A stretch of DNA of 51,410 nt from Roseicyclus sp. (GCA_016763475.1 JAESTV010000085.1:1-51410); one strand, 5' to 3'; counted from the first letter of the stretch, positions 28,094-37,767 are shown. Notes: generated from the sequence alone by a model not told the origin. A program made the numbers and translations.

Positions 28094-29143
28094 ATGATGA
28101 CCATCGAGTACAAAAGTGGCGACATGTTCGACGAGCCGACAGAGGCCATCGTGAACACAGTTAACTGCGTTGGCGTCATGGGAAAGGGTGTCGCTCTGGA
28201 GTTCAAGCGCCGTTGGCCCGAAAATTTTAGGGCTTACAAGAAATTATGCGCCGCTAAGGATCTAAACCCCGGCAAGATGTTTGTGTTTGAAAATCATGAC
28301 TTCTTGAATGACGGCCAGCACCGGTACCTCGTGAATTTTCCTACAAAGCAGCATTGGCGCTCCAAGTCGAAAATCGAATACGTGGAGGACGGCCTCGTCG
28401 ATTTCGTCAAACAGGTGCGCGACTTAGGGATCAAATCGGTTACCCTTCCTCCGCTTGGATGCGGGAATGGAGGACTTAATTGGTCTGAAGTCCGACCGTT
28501 GCTCGAAGAACACCTCGCTAAACTTCCTGACGTCCATTTTGTGGTTTTCGCTCCCGGCCCAGTCGGGCTTGGGCCTGAACAAGAGTCTATACCCAACGAC
28601 CTAACACGAAGACGTGCCATCATGATGGTGGCGTTCGCGGAATTAGAGAAATTCTTTGGAGGTCACCTTACAAGGCTTACGGCTCAGAAGTTGGCCTACT
28701 TTCTTCAAGTATTTGGATCAGGTTTTGGCCTGACGTTTAAGAAGGCGCAGTTTGGGCCCTACTCCTCAGCCTTGCATAACGCCTTCAATGTCATGGAAAA
28801 AAAGGGCTTTATCCATGGCTACAACTCTGGTGATCGACAGGTAGTTGTTACACCAGCAACGTATGCCGCTTCGGATGAATTCCTAAAGACTAGTGACGTT
28901 GATGTATCAGAGATGGTCTTAAAGCTCTCCATGTTGGTTGCAGGATATGAGACACCATATGGCTTGGAGCTTTTGTCCAGCATACACTTTCTTTCAGTTA
29001 CGGATGGCATCTCGACACAACCCGAAATGTCGGAAGCGTTAGAGGAGTGGAATGATCACAAACGGCAGAGTTTTACTGAGCCGGCGGTTACAGCTGCTCT
29101 GGAGCGCTTAAGGACTGATGGCCTTATTGGCGGTGGAGCGTAG
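28094..29143 (+). CDS. darG: DarG macrodomain ADP-ribosylglycohydrolase antitoxin
   Basis: GDMF, AIVNTVNCVGVMGKGVALEFK, NFPTKQHWR and PPLGCGNGGLNW; DarG-type C-terminus QKLAYFLQ..GPYS and GYETPYGLELL. Confidence 0.92.
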   Translation: MMTIEYKSGDMFDEPTEAIVNTVNCVGVMGKGVALEFKRRWPENFRAYKKLCAAKDLNPGKMFVFENHDFLNDGQHRYLVNFPTKQHWRSKSKIEYVEDGLVDFVKQVRDLGIKSVTLPPLGCGNGGLNWSEVRPLLEEHLAKLPDVHFVVFAPGPVGLGPEQESIPNDLTRRRAIMMVAFAELEKFFGGHLTRLTAQKLAYFLQVFGSGFGLTFKKAQFGPYSSALHNAFNVMEKKGFIHGYNSGDRQVVVTPATYAASDEFLKTSDVDVSEMVLKLSMLVAGYETPYGLELLSSIHFLSVTDGISTQPEMSEALEEWNDHKRQSFTEPAVTAALERLRTDGLIGGGA

Positions 29144-29147
29144 GATC

Positions 29148-29570
29148 TCACTCCTCCTCCACCCCACCCCTTGCCCTCTTAACCTCTCCGCGTTTCTTCT
29201 TCGCTTCCACCCGCTTGCGCTTCTGGTTCGGGGATACCCGCGTCTTTACGCGGCGCTTCGGCACCACTGTCGCCGCCAGGACCAACGCCACCAGCCGGTC
29301 TCGCGCGATCTCTCGGTTCCTCGCCTGGGAGCGTTCCTCCGACACCTGAAGCACAATTGCGCCGTCTTTGGTCCAGCGCCGACCCGCCAGCCGCCGCAGC
29401 CGAGTCTTCACGGCCTCTGGCAAGTTCGGCGACCGACCGGCCTCGAACCGCAGCTCCACCGCACTCGACACCTTGTTCACGTTCTGCCCACCCGGCCCCC
29501 CGGCGCGGACAAACGCCTCGGTGATCTCCCAATCCTCGATGCTGATCTGGTCGGTGACTCGGAGGATCAT
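29148..29570 (-). CDS. arfB: Alternative ribosome rescue peptidyl-tRNA hydrolase ArfB
   Basis: GPGGQNVNKV, ERSQARNR and a basic C-terminal tail. Confidence 0.95.
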   Translation of the reverse strand: MILRVTDQISIEDWEITEAFVRAGGPGGQNVNKVSSAVELRFEAGRSPNLPEAVKTRLRRLAGRRWTKDGAIVLQVSEERSQARNREIARDRLVALVLAATVVPKRRVKTRVSPNQKRKRVEAKKKRGEVKRARGGVEEE

Positions 29571-29663
29571 GGTGTTTTCACTTTGCGAAGCATGTGCCCT
29601 CTCCTGAGGCTTAAAGTACCAAATGGGACTATCTAGGGTCGAACTGGTACAATCGAAACAACG

Positions 29664-29695
29664 AAAAAGGGCCGCCCGATACGAGCAGCCCTTTT
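29664..29695 (-). terminator. Intrinsic terminator on the minus strand
   Basis: Minus strand GGGCTGCTCG-TAT-CGGGCGGCCC-TTTTT. The two mismatched positions form G-U pairs only in the minus-strand transcript. Confidence 0.8.
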
Positions 29696-29852
29696 CGAGA
29701 AATCAGGAGGTGGCGTGGTAAGAACCAACGGCTCACCTGGGTGGGCAATGTGCCCTGGGTTGGCCTACAGGCGTATCCCCCAAGTTGTCCCGACGCATTT
29801 CTCCAATACCTCTCTCGACACTGGATCACCTCCTTCCGATTTTGTTTCGACT
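29664..29852 (-). ncRNA. Candidate ~190-nt small RNA or small mRNA with an 18-codon ORF (29821-29765)
   Basis: Upstream TTGACA (29886-29881), extended SD AAGGAGGTGATCCAG, ORF MSREVLEKCVGTTWGIRL, internal CACCTCCT anti-SD and its own terminator. Confidence 0.55.
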
Positions 29853-29892
29853 AAGGGGATGCTGCCACAGATTTGGTAGATGTCAAAATGTT

Positions 29893-30510
29893 TTACGCAG
29901 GATGTGCGATGATTTTGCGAGTCAGCAATCGGAACGGCACCAAAGCGATCAAGGCAATGGCAAGTTTGACGCCCCAATCGGCGATAGCAAGCGACACCCA
30001 AAGCGGCGCCTCAGGGCCAGCGCCGAGGATGGGCAAAACCTCATTCGCCCAGGCCACGTCACCGGGTAAAATTGCGGTGAGAACACCCGAGAAGGCGATG
30101 AAAAAGAACAGCGCGGTGTCGATGCTCGACCCAATTACACTTGAGAAAACAGGGGCTTGCCACCAACCTCCATTGCGGAATCGGTCAAATATCGCCACGT
30201 CCAGCAACTGCGCCGTCAGGAACGCGATCCCTGATCCGATTGCAATGCGCAGGGTCACCAACGGCCCAAACTCACCCACGATCTGGGTGCCGATGAACGA
30301 GCACCCGACCCCCACAATGAAGCCCACAAACACCACACGCCGAGCGGCAGACACGCCGTAGACCCGGTTCATGATGTCGGTGACAAGGAACGCCAACGGG
30401 TAGGTGAACGCCCCCCAGGTCAGCCATTGGCCGAACAAAAACTGCACCAGGATGTTCGAGACGACAACAATTGTCGCCATGGCGAGGACGCCGGGCAAGA
30501 TGCGCTTCAT
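29893..30510 (-). CDS. yhhQ: Queuosine precursor transporter (VUT family)
   Basis: SNILV, LTWGAFTYPLAFLVTD, RIAIGS..AFL.AQLLDV.IF and DTALFF.IAF. Confidence 0.9.
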   Translation of the reverse strand: MKRILPGVLAMATIVVVSNILVQFLFGQWLTWGAFTYPLAFLVTDIMNRVYGVSAARRVVFVGFIVGVGCSFIGTQIVGEFGPLVTLRIAIGSGIAFLTAQLLDVAIFDRFRNGGWWQAPVFSSVIGSSIDTALFFFIAFSGVLTAILPGDVAWANEVLPILGAGPEAPLWVSLAIADWGVKLAIALIALVPFRLLTRKIIAHPA

Positions 30511-30518
30511 TGATTTAA

Positions 30519-30549
30519 TTCCGTTTTTTCAAGGTAGGCGGAAACTTGG
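30519..30549 (-). promoter_or_regulatory. Candidate preQ1-I-like riboswitch pseudoknot in the yhhQ leader
   Basis: Minus strand CCAAG-UUUCCGCCUAC-CUUG-AAAAAA-CGGAA: P1 CAAG/CUUG, an A-rich linker, and P2 UUCCG/CGGAA covering the GGA RBS. Confidence 0.5.
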
Positions 30550-30592
30550 CCTTAGGCAGGCAAGCGCCGGATACGCCGCTTGCACAGGTCCG

Positions 30593-31783
30593 TCAACCCA
30601 ACACCAGCGCCAATGCACGGGCAACTTTCGGCGTTGTCTCAGGGGTCAGGCCTGCAACATTCATGCGCCCGTCCCCCACAACGTAGATCCCGTGGTCACG
30701 CCGCAGAGCTTCCACCTGCTCCGGATCCGCCCCGATCAGCGAGAACATGCCCCGATGGGTGGCAAGGAAATCGAACCGGTCCGATCCGGTTTCATCCCGT
30801 AAAGCAGCCGCCAATGCCGCTCGGTTTGTGTTCATCGTCTCTCGCATCAGGGTCAGCTCGGTCTGCCACATCTCCCGCAGACGGGCATCACTCAGGATCG
30901 TTTGCACAACCCGTGCGCCATGATCGGGCGGAAAGGCGAAGGTCTGTCGGTTGAGATGCGCCATCAGGCCCGAGACCGCCTCTCGCGGGGCGGGGCCGCT
31001 GGTAACGGCAAGGCATAACCCCACACGTTCACGGTAGAGGCCGAAGTTCTTCGAGCAACTGGCGGCAATCAGGACTTCAGGCAGGCGGGCGGCAAGGTGG
31101 CGCGTGCCGGCGGCGTCCTCAGACAGCCCATTGGCGAAGCCGAGGTAAGCCATGTCGATGAACGGCACTGCGCCGGTCATTTCCAGCAGATCCCCAATGT
31201 CACGCCAGTCCTTTGCGCTCAGATCAGCGCCGGTCGGATTATGACAACACCCGTGCAGAAGCACGACATCCCCTGCCTTGGCCTGAGCAAGGTCAGCCAG
31301 CATGGCCTGTCGATCCAAGCCCCCGGTTGCCTCATCGTAATACCGATAGCTCCGTGCGGTTTGGCCCAGGTGGCCAACAATTGCGGGGTGGTTGGGCCAT
31401 GTGGGCGTCGGCATCCACACCGCTGCATCAGGGGAAACCCGGCGCGCCATCTCCAATGCCTGCCGCACGGCGCCGGTGCCCCCGGGTGTGGCACAGGTGG
31501 CCACCCGATCCGCTGCAACGGCATCCCCGAGGATCAGCCCACGCAACGCCTCGCAGAACGCCGGATCCCCTGACAGGCCAACGTAGGATTTGGTGACTTG
31601 GGTGGCCGCAATCACCGCCTCCGCCTCACGTACAGCCGCCATAACAGGGGTTTGCCCCTGCGGATTACGGTACACACCAACGCCAAGATCAACCTTGTCG
31701 GTGCGCCCATCTGCAGCAAACGAGGCCATCAGGCGCAGGATCTTGTCAGCCTCCGGGGCTTTCAGGTTTTCAAACATCGGCAA
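30593..31783 (-). CDS. tyrB: Aromatic amino acid / aspartate aminotransferase (class I)
   Basis: KVDLGVGVY, TPGGTGA, PTWPNH, LHGCCHNPTG, DMAYLGF and SCSKNFGLYRERVG. Confidence 0.9.
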   Translation of the reverse strand: MPMFENLKAPEADKILRLMASFAADGRTDKVDLGVGVYRNPQGQTPVMAAVREAEAVIAATQVTKSYVGLSGDPAFCEALRGLILGDAVAADRVATCATPGGTGAVRQALEMARRVSPDAAVWMPTPTWPNHPAIVGHLGQTARSYRYYDEATGGLDRQAMLADLAQAKAGDVVLLHGCCHNPTGADLSAKDWRDIGDLLEMTGAVPFIDMAYLGFANGLSEDAAGTRHLAARLPEVLIAASCSKNFGLYRERVGLCLAVTSGPAPREAVSGLMAHLNRQTFAFPPDHGARVVQTILSDARLREMWQTELTLMRETMNTNRAALAAALRDETGSDRFDFLATHRGMFSLIGADPEQVEALRRDHGIYVVGDGRMNVAGLTPETTPKVARALALVLG

Positions 31784-31786
31784 TCC

Positions 31787-32341
31787 TTACGCAGGCCGAT
31801 CATAAGCCAGGGCCCGCGTCTTCTGTTCCGTTCGAACAGGGACAAACCCCATCTTCTGGTAAAGTTGCAGAGCGGCGGGGTGGTCAAACGTGCAGGTGTT
31901 GAGGGTCATCTTTTCAACCGTGTCACGGGCCCACCCGGTTGCAATCGCGGTTTGCAGCAATGGCCGCCCCAGGCCCGCACCCACAGCCTGCGGAACCAGA
32001 CCAAAATAGGCGAGGTCACATTTTCCGGGTTGCCGCCAGTCGAGCATGAAGAACCCCTGCGGCCAGCCATGTTTCAGCGCGGTCCAGATCACTACATCAG
32101 GGTGGCGCACAAAGGCCTGTAAGGCGGCGGGGTCAGCCTCAGCCTGATCAAACCGATCCTGCCATTCATACTCCCGACCCACCGCGCCGTAGAGCGCCAG
32201 GAAGTACCAGACCGGCGGATCAATCGCGCGTTCTAGGCGCAGGTCTCCGGGCAATTTCGCTGGCTCCCAGGAAGGCCGCTCTGCCATCTCAAGGTAGGTC
32301 ATTGTGAACGGAACCTCAGTCCCGGCAGGGATCACGCTCAT
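31787..32341 (-). CDS. GNAT-family N-acetyltransferase
   Basis: LAYFGLVPQAVGAGLG and NTCTFDHPAALQLYQKMGF. Confidence 0.85.
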   Translation of the reverse strand: MSVIPAGTEVPFTMTYLEMAERPSWEPAKLPGDLRLERAIDPPVWYFLALYGAVGREYEWQDRFDQAEADPAALQAFVRHPDVVIWTALKHGWPQGFFMLDWRQPGKCDLAYFGLVPQAVGAGLGRPLLQTAIATGWARDTVEKMTLNTCTFDHPAALQLYQKMGFVPVRTEQKTRALAYDRPA

Positions 32342-33201
32342 CCGGTTTCCACCTTCAACTGCTCAAACTGGCCCCATTCAGCCCACGACCCGTCATATAG
32401 CGACGCGTCCCGATGGCCGAGACGCCACAGCCCCAACATCAGGATCGCAGCTGTCATCCCCGACCCGCAGGTTGTAATAATCCGCCGATCCAGATCAACG
32501 CCGCCCGCTTCAAATGCGGCGCGCAGGGCATCCCCCTGCTTCATCGTCCCATCAGCCCCGAACAACGAGGCATAGTGGACGTTTCTGGAGTTTGGAATCC
32601 GGCCCGCGCGCAGGCCTTCCCGCGCCTCGGGTTCTTCACCCCGGAACCGTGCCGGGGCACGGGCATCAACAATCTGCCAGTTGCCAAGTTTCGAGGCAGA
32701 TGCAACTTGCGTGACATCCTTTACCAAATGCGCCTGCCGTTGCACGGTCATATGCCGGTCACGGACAATCGGCGGCATATCCTCCACCGCGCGCGCCTCC
32801 GATTGCCACTTCGGGAACCCGCCATCCAGAACCGCCACATCCATCTTGCCCATCAGGCGGAAGTTCCACCAAATCCGCGCGGCGGAAAACAGCCCCATGC
32901 CATCGTAGACAACAACCTGATGGCCATCCCCCACACCCATCGCACGCATCCGGCTCATGAATTTCTCAACCGGAGCCACCATGAGCGGCAGCTCTGATCG
33001 CGCGTCCGAGATATCATCAATGTCAATAAACCGCGCGCCGGGGATGTGCGCGGCGTCATATTCCGCCTTCGCATCCCGCCCCATGTCGGGCAAGTAGTAC
33101 GACGCATCAATGATCCGCAAATCCGGATCATTCAAATGCGCCGCAAGCCAGTCGGTCGATACCAGCGTCTGCGGATCGTCCCCTGTAATGATACCCGCCA
33201 T
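32338..33201 (-). CDS. sseA: 3-mercaptopyruvate sulfurtransferase
   Basis: LVSTDWL, HIPGA, LDGG, active site CGSGMTA and LYDGSWAEW. Confidence 0.93.
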   Translation of the reverse strand: MAGIITGDDPQTLVSTDWLAAHLNDPDLRIIDASYYLPDMGRDAKAEYDAAHIPGARFIDIDDISDARSELPLMVAPVEKFMSRMRAMGVGDGHQVVVYDGMGLFSAARIWWNFRLMGKMDVAVLDGGFPKWQSEARAVEDMPPIVRDRHMTVQRQAHLVKDVTQVASASKLGNWQIVDARAPARFRGEEPEAREGLRAGRIPNSRNVHYASLFGADGTMKQGDALRAAFEAGGVDLDRRIITTCGSGMTAAILMLGLWRLGHRDASLYDGSWAEWGQFEQLKVETG

Positions 33202-33454
33202 GACCAGATCTCCCGTCGTAAATATCCCAAAATTCCTACGCCGCCGCCTTCACCCACGCAAGGGCAGGACACAGGACCTTCCACTTTCATCTTGGAAGAA
33301 AAACTCAATCCAGCACGGGCAGCCAACCACTATACCGGCAGATCGCAGGGCAACCGCACCCGCCACAGGAACCCACCTGAGCCGACCCCGAAGGGGATAT
33401 AGGCGAGGCAAAAACAACGCGCCGCAGGCGCACAATCAGCTCAGGGGCGCGCGC

Positions 33455-33931
33455 TCAGCCGTTCTGCTTCATCAGCCGCGCTTTTTGCCGGTTCCAATCG
33501 CGCTTGGCCGAGGTTTCGCGTTTGTCCTGCGCCTTCTTGCCTTTGGCGATGCCGATCTTCATCTTCACCAACCCCTTGTGATTGAAGTACATCACCAGCG
33601 GCACCAGGGTCAGGCCTTCCCTCTGGGTGGCATTCCACAACCGCGACATCTCACGTTTGGAGACCAGCAACTTGCGGCGTCGCTTCTCTTCATGGCCAAA
33701 GGTTTTCGCCTGCGCGTACGGCGCGATGTAGGAGTTCACGAGCCACAACTCGCTGTCTTTCACCTCGGCATAGCTCTCGGCGATGTTGGATTGCCCCTGG
33801 CGCAGGCTTTTGACTTCCGAGCCTTCAAGGATGATCCCAACTTCAAGGTCGGACTCAATTGCATAATCATACCGCGCACGCCGGTTTGCGGCGATCACTT
33901 TGTAGTTCGGGTTTTCAGGTTTCTTGGCCAT
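33455..33931 (-). CDS. smpB: SsrA-binding protein
   Basis: [20 protein letters not shown] and GKKAQDKRE. Confidence 0.97.
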   Translation of the reverse strand: MAKKPENPNYKVIAANRRARYDYAIESDLEVGIILEGSEVKSLRQGQSNIAESYAEVKDSELWLVNSYIAPYAQAKTFGHEEKRRRKLLVSKREMSRLWNATQREGLTLVPLVMYFNHKGLVKMKIGIAKGKKAQDKRETSAKRDWNRQKARLMKQNG

Positions 33932-33977
33932 GGGGGCGGGATATAAGCCCTCCCACGCCCCGTTGCCAGTGGAGGTC

Positions 33978-34853
33978 TTAGTTTATCAGACCCGCGTGGC
34001 GCATCCCTGCTTTGACGGCGGCTTTGGTCTCATCCGTCAGCCCTGTCAGCGGCAGCCGAACTTCGTCCGAAGCCATGCCCAAAACCGACAGTCCGTATTT
34101 TGCACCACACAGGCCCGGCTCGGTGAAAATCGCTTTGTGCAGCGGCATCAGCCGGTCCTGACAGGCCAGCGCCTTGGCGTAATCACCCGCCAGCGTGGCG
34201 GCCTGCAATTTCGCGCACAGCTTGGGTGCGACATTGGCGGTCACGCTTATGCAACCATGGCCACCTTGGGCATTGAACCCCACGGCCGTGGGATCTTCGC
34301 CGGACAGCTGGATGAAATCCAGCCCGCAGGTCAGCCGGGTGTGGGGCACCCGCGCCAGATCGCCGGTTGCGTCCTTTACACCGACAATAGTGGGCAGTTT
34401 GGCCAGCTCTCCCATCGTCTCAGGGGTCATGTCGATGACCGAACGCGGCGGAATGTTGTAGATGATAATCGGGATACCAACCTCAGCCACCGCCGCGAAA
34501 TGCGCGTAGAGACCGCGCTGGGTGGGCTTGTTGTAATAGGGTGTCACCACCAGTGCTGCCGCTGCACCAACATCCCTGGCATGGCGCACCAGACGCAGCG
34601 CCTCGATGGTGTTGTTTGACCCCGCCCCCGCAATCACCGGCACACGGTCTGCGGCCACCTGCACCACAGTTTCCACCACCTGCTCATGTTCGGCATGGGT
34701 CAGGGTTGGGCTCTCACCCGTCGTGCCCACAGGCACCAGCGCGCTGGAGCCTTCGGCAATCTGCCACTCCACCAGACGTTTCAGCGCGTCGAAATCCACG
34801 GCACCATTTGTCATCGGAGTGACCAGAGCGGGCATCGAGCCTTGGAACATCAT
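33978..34853 (-). CDS. dapA: 4-hydroxy-tetrahydrodipicolinate synthase
   Basis: [34 protein letters not shown] and LSGED. Confidence 0.96.
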   Translation of the reverse strand: MMFQGSMPALVTPMTNGAVDFDALKRLVEWQIAEGSSALVPVGTTGESPTLTHAEHEQVVETVVQVAADRVPVIAGAGSNNTIEALRLVRHARDVGAAAALVVTPYYNKPTQRGLYAHFAAVAEVGIPIIIYNIPPRSVIDMTPETMGELAKLPTIVGVKDATGDLARVPHTRLTCGLDFIQLSGEDPTAVGFNAQGGHGCISVTANVAPKLCAKLQAATLAGDYAKALACQDRLMPLHKAIFTEPGLCGAKYGLSVLGMASDEVRLPLTGLTDETKAAVKAGMRHAGLIN

Positions 34854-34995
34854 TCGCGTCCTTCAATCAGGGGGCTTAAAGCGGCAATTTCCCGCTCCAA
34901 TACTAGGCCCTCGCGCAATTGCCAAGTTCGTGAGTTGCGTCCGCGCGTTAGCGCCCTATCTTGCCGTGTGGGGGTTTTGACAAAGGAGACGCCGC

Positions 34996-36945
34996 GTGAC
35001 CATGCGACGCCTGATATCCGCCTTTATTCTCAGCTCTCTGGCCGGAGCAACCGCGACCTTGGCGCAAACGGAAGCTGAGGCGTTGGGCCTTGCCCTGGCG
35101 GCCTATAACGCTGGTGATCTGGCTGGCGGGTCGCTAGCCGCGCAGGAGATCGACGATCCTATCGCGCTTGACCTGCTGGCCTGGACCCGCCTGCGCCGGG
35201 GGGAAGGCGACTTTAGCGAATACATTTCATTTATCGACCGTAATCCCGATTGGCCCGGCATGCCGTATCTGCGCCGCCAGGGAGAGCCGTCAATTCCCGA
35301 AGGCGGCGACCCGGCCAGTGTTCTGGATTACTTTAGTGATTTTCTGCCCCAAACCGGCGCTGGTTCGCTGGCTCTGGCCCGTGCCCTGGACACCACAGGC
35401 AATCGCACGGTTGCTGAGGCGGTCGTTATCCGCGCCTGGACCTCCCTTGTTATGACCGGAACGGATGCCCAGGCGCTCAACCGGGCCTATGGCGACATTC
35501 TGACCGAAGATCACCACATTGCCCGGCTGGATCACCTGCTTTGGGAAAACGCCGAGACCCGCGCCCGCGCTATGTTCTCTCTTGTCCCCGAAGGCTGGAC
35601 CGATCTCGCCGAGGCGCGCCTTGCCCTGCGCGACCGCAGTGGCGGGGTGGATGGGTTGATCGAGGCGGTGCCGGAGGCCCTGCAAGATGATCCCGGCCTT
35701 GCCTATGAACGGTTCATCTGGCGGATGCGGGAGGGGTACTGGGACACGGCGGGGGAATTGATGGCTGAACGCTCCACCTCCGCGGAAGGCCTTGGGCGGC
35801 CCGAGGATTGGGGCCGCCGTCGCGCCGACCTGGCCCGTGATGTGATGCGCGAGGGGGATCACGCAACCTGCTACGACTACGCCGCCAATCACCGGATTGC
35901 CGCTGAGGTGGACTATGTCCGCTACGCTGATCTGGAATGGATTGCGGGCTATTGTGCCATGCAACTGGACCGGGCCGAAATTGCCGTGGGTCACTTCCAG
36001 ACGTTCCGCGAAGTTGTGTTCTCCCCGATCTCGGTCGGGCGCGCTGGGTACTGGCTTGGCCGCGCCCATGAAGCCGTGGGTAATGTCGAGGCAGCAGCAG
36101 AGGCCTACGCGCTTGGGGCGCAATACCAATCCAGCTTTTACGGACAGCTGGCCCAGGAACGCGGCGGCCTGCCTGTAAACCCCGAGTTCATTGGCGATCG
36201 TGACTATGGCAACTGGCAGACCGCCAGCTTCACCGACTTGCCGGTCTTCCACGCCGCCATGCTGCTTTATGAGGCGGGGGAGGGTAATCTGGCCGAACGG
36301 TTCTTCACCCACATCACCGAACGTCTGGATGAACGTGAGGCCGGGATGATGGGTGATCTGATGCTGGAACTGGGTGAACCGCACATGGCGTTGCTGGTGG
36401 CCAAACGGGCCGCACAATCGGGGCACGAGATTTTCCGAGCCTATTATCCGCTGGCGGATCTTGAGGGTGTGGAGCTGCCGGTTCCCCGCGCCTTAGCGCT
36501 GTCCATTGCCCGGCGGGAAAGTGAGTTTGACCCGGTTGTCGTCTCAGGGGCCGGCGCCATAGGGCTGATGCAGGTGATGCCACGCACGGGCCGGGATTCG
36601 GCGGGTGATCTGGGGATCGCATTCTCCGAAAGCCGCCTGCTCTCTGATCCGGCGTACAACGTGCTTTTGGGGTCCAATTATATCGCTGGGTTGATCACCT
36701 CTTATGACGGCAACCCGATTCTGGTTTCCGTTGGCTACAACGCCGGACCGGGCCGGGTGCGGCAATGGTTGGAACGCTTCGGCGACCCGCGCCAGGCCGA
36801 TGACGTGATCGACTGGATTGAGGATGTGCCGTTCACCGAGACGCGCAATTACATCATGCGGGTGATTGAGAGCCTGCCGATCTATGAAGCACAGCTGAGC
36901 GGCGAATTACCCACCATCGGCCTGAGTGACCGGCTGGTGCAGTAA
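34996..36945 (+). CDS. Soluble lytic murein transglycosylase (Slt70-like)
   Basis: Signal peptide; IARRESEF, GAIGLMQVMP, YNAGPGRV and PFTETRNY. Confidence 0.93.
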   Translation: MTMRRLISAFILSSLAGATATLAQTEAEALGLALAAYNAGDLAGGSLAAQEIDDPIALDLLAWTRLRRGEGDFSEYISFIDRNPDWPGMPYLRRQGEPSIPEGGDPASVLDYFSDFLPQTGAGSLALARALDTTGNRTVAEAVVIRAWTSLVMTGTDAQALNRAYGDILTEDHHIARLDHLLWENAETRARAMFSLVPEGWTDLAEARLALRDRSGGVDGLIEAVPEALQDDPGLAYERFIWRMREGYWDTAGELMAERSTSAEGLGRPEDWGRRRADLARDVMREGDHATCYDYAANHRIAAEVDYVRYADLEWIAGYCAMQLDRAEIAVGHFQTFREVVFSPISVGRAGYWLGRAHEAVGNVEAAAEAYALGAQYQSSFYGQLAQERGGLPVNPEFIGDRDYGNWQTASFTDLPVFHAAMLLYEAGEGNLAERFFTHITERLDEREAGMMGDLMLELGEPHMALLVAKRAAQSGHEIFRAYYPLADLEGVELPVPRALALSIARRESEFDPVVVSGAGAIGLMQVMPRTGRDSAGDLGIAFSESRLLSDPAYNVLLGSNYIAGLITSYDGNPILVSVGYNAGPGRVRQWLERFGDPRQADDVIDWIEDVPFTETRNYIMRVIESLPIYEAQLSGELPTIGLSDRLVQ

Positions 36946-37416
36946 GGCGCGACTATTGGGCCGCGCACCCAGACCGAACTCGGATTCCTCCCGTGTTAGG
37001 GTGGATGCCTGAAGGCACCACCCGTCACTTTGGGCATGGCGCCGTGGTCGGCCCTTCGGGCAACCAAACGGCGCCTGCGTGCCCCTGCAATGGCGTTTGA
37101 AGTTTCGCCGAGGTTGGCGGAGCGCACAGCGGGCAACCCAAGCAGATTGCCGGTATCATGCTGTAATTATTACAGAAACCTTCCGCACACTCACAGAACC
37201 GAGACTGCTTTTCACGGCTGCGTGGGCTTGGTGCGAACCGGACTACATTATGTGCATTTATGCACCAATATTTCGAACTTATCTCGTTAACGTGTATGGA
37301 ATGAGAGAACATCCCACCACATATACCTCTCATCGGACGGGCCAATACGGCTCGCCAGAGAAACACCAACGGGCTGCGATACGCCGCCTGAACATGACAA
37401 GAGATAGGACCAACCC

Positions 37417-37737
37417 ATGAAAAAGATCGCACTCATCGCCGCCGTCGCCGCCGCTGTTGCCGCCCCGGCTTTCGCTCAATCCACCTCCACTGCGTTCGCT
37501 ATCGCTCATTTCAACATGTCCGCTGACAGCGCGTCCGATCAGATCACGGCCAACAGCGTCGGCGCGGCAGCAAACACATCCGGCTCGTTGGGTGAGGCGT
37601 TCCGGATCCTGAACCGCTCGGCTGACAGCGCAACCGATCTGCGTGGCACTAATGGCGCAACTGCCGTTTCCGGCACCCCTGCCTATGGCGCAGAGATCTT
37701 CGCCCGCCTGCGTGCCGCAGCGCTTGAAGACGAATAA
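37417..37737 (+). CDS. Small secreted protein with an internal repeat
   Basis: AGGA RBS; signal peptide MKKIALIAAVAAAVAAPAFA; repeated N-x-SADSA-x-D; own terminator. Confidence 0.8.
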   Translation: MKKIALIAAVAAAVAAPAFAQSTSTAFAIAHFNMSADSASDQITANSVGAAANTSGSLGEAFRILNRSADSATDLRGTNGATAVSGTPAYGAEIFARLRAAALEDE

Positions 37738-37767
37738 GAACCACTCCACACCCTCCCTGTGGGTTCT

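Noticed and set aside
27300-29147. Mobile element carrying darTG
   Set aside because: No integrase, transposase, terminal inverted repeats or target-site duplication found by eye.
29821-29835. 16S rRNA gene fragment
   Set aside because: Only the 15-nt tail matches and the flanks are not rRNA-like. It is better read as an extended SD on the minus strand.
33202-33454. tmRNA or another ncRNA next to smpB
   Set aside because: No tRNA-like ends or tag reading frame seen; only a degenerate copy (33286-33306) of the repeat at 532-553.
36946-37416. ORFs 37025-37432(-), 37030-37290(+) and 37079-37420(+)
   Set aside because: Atypical composition and no motifs; more likely the promoter region of the 37417 gene.
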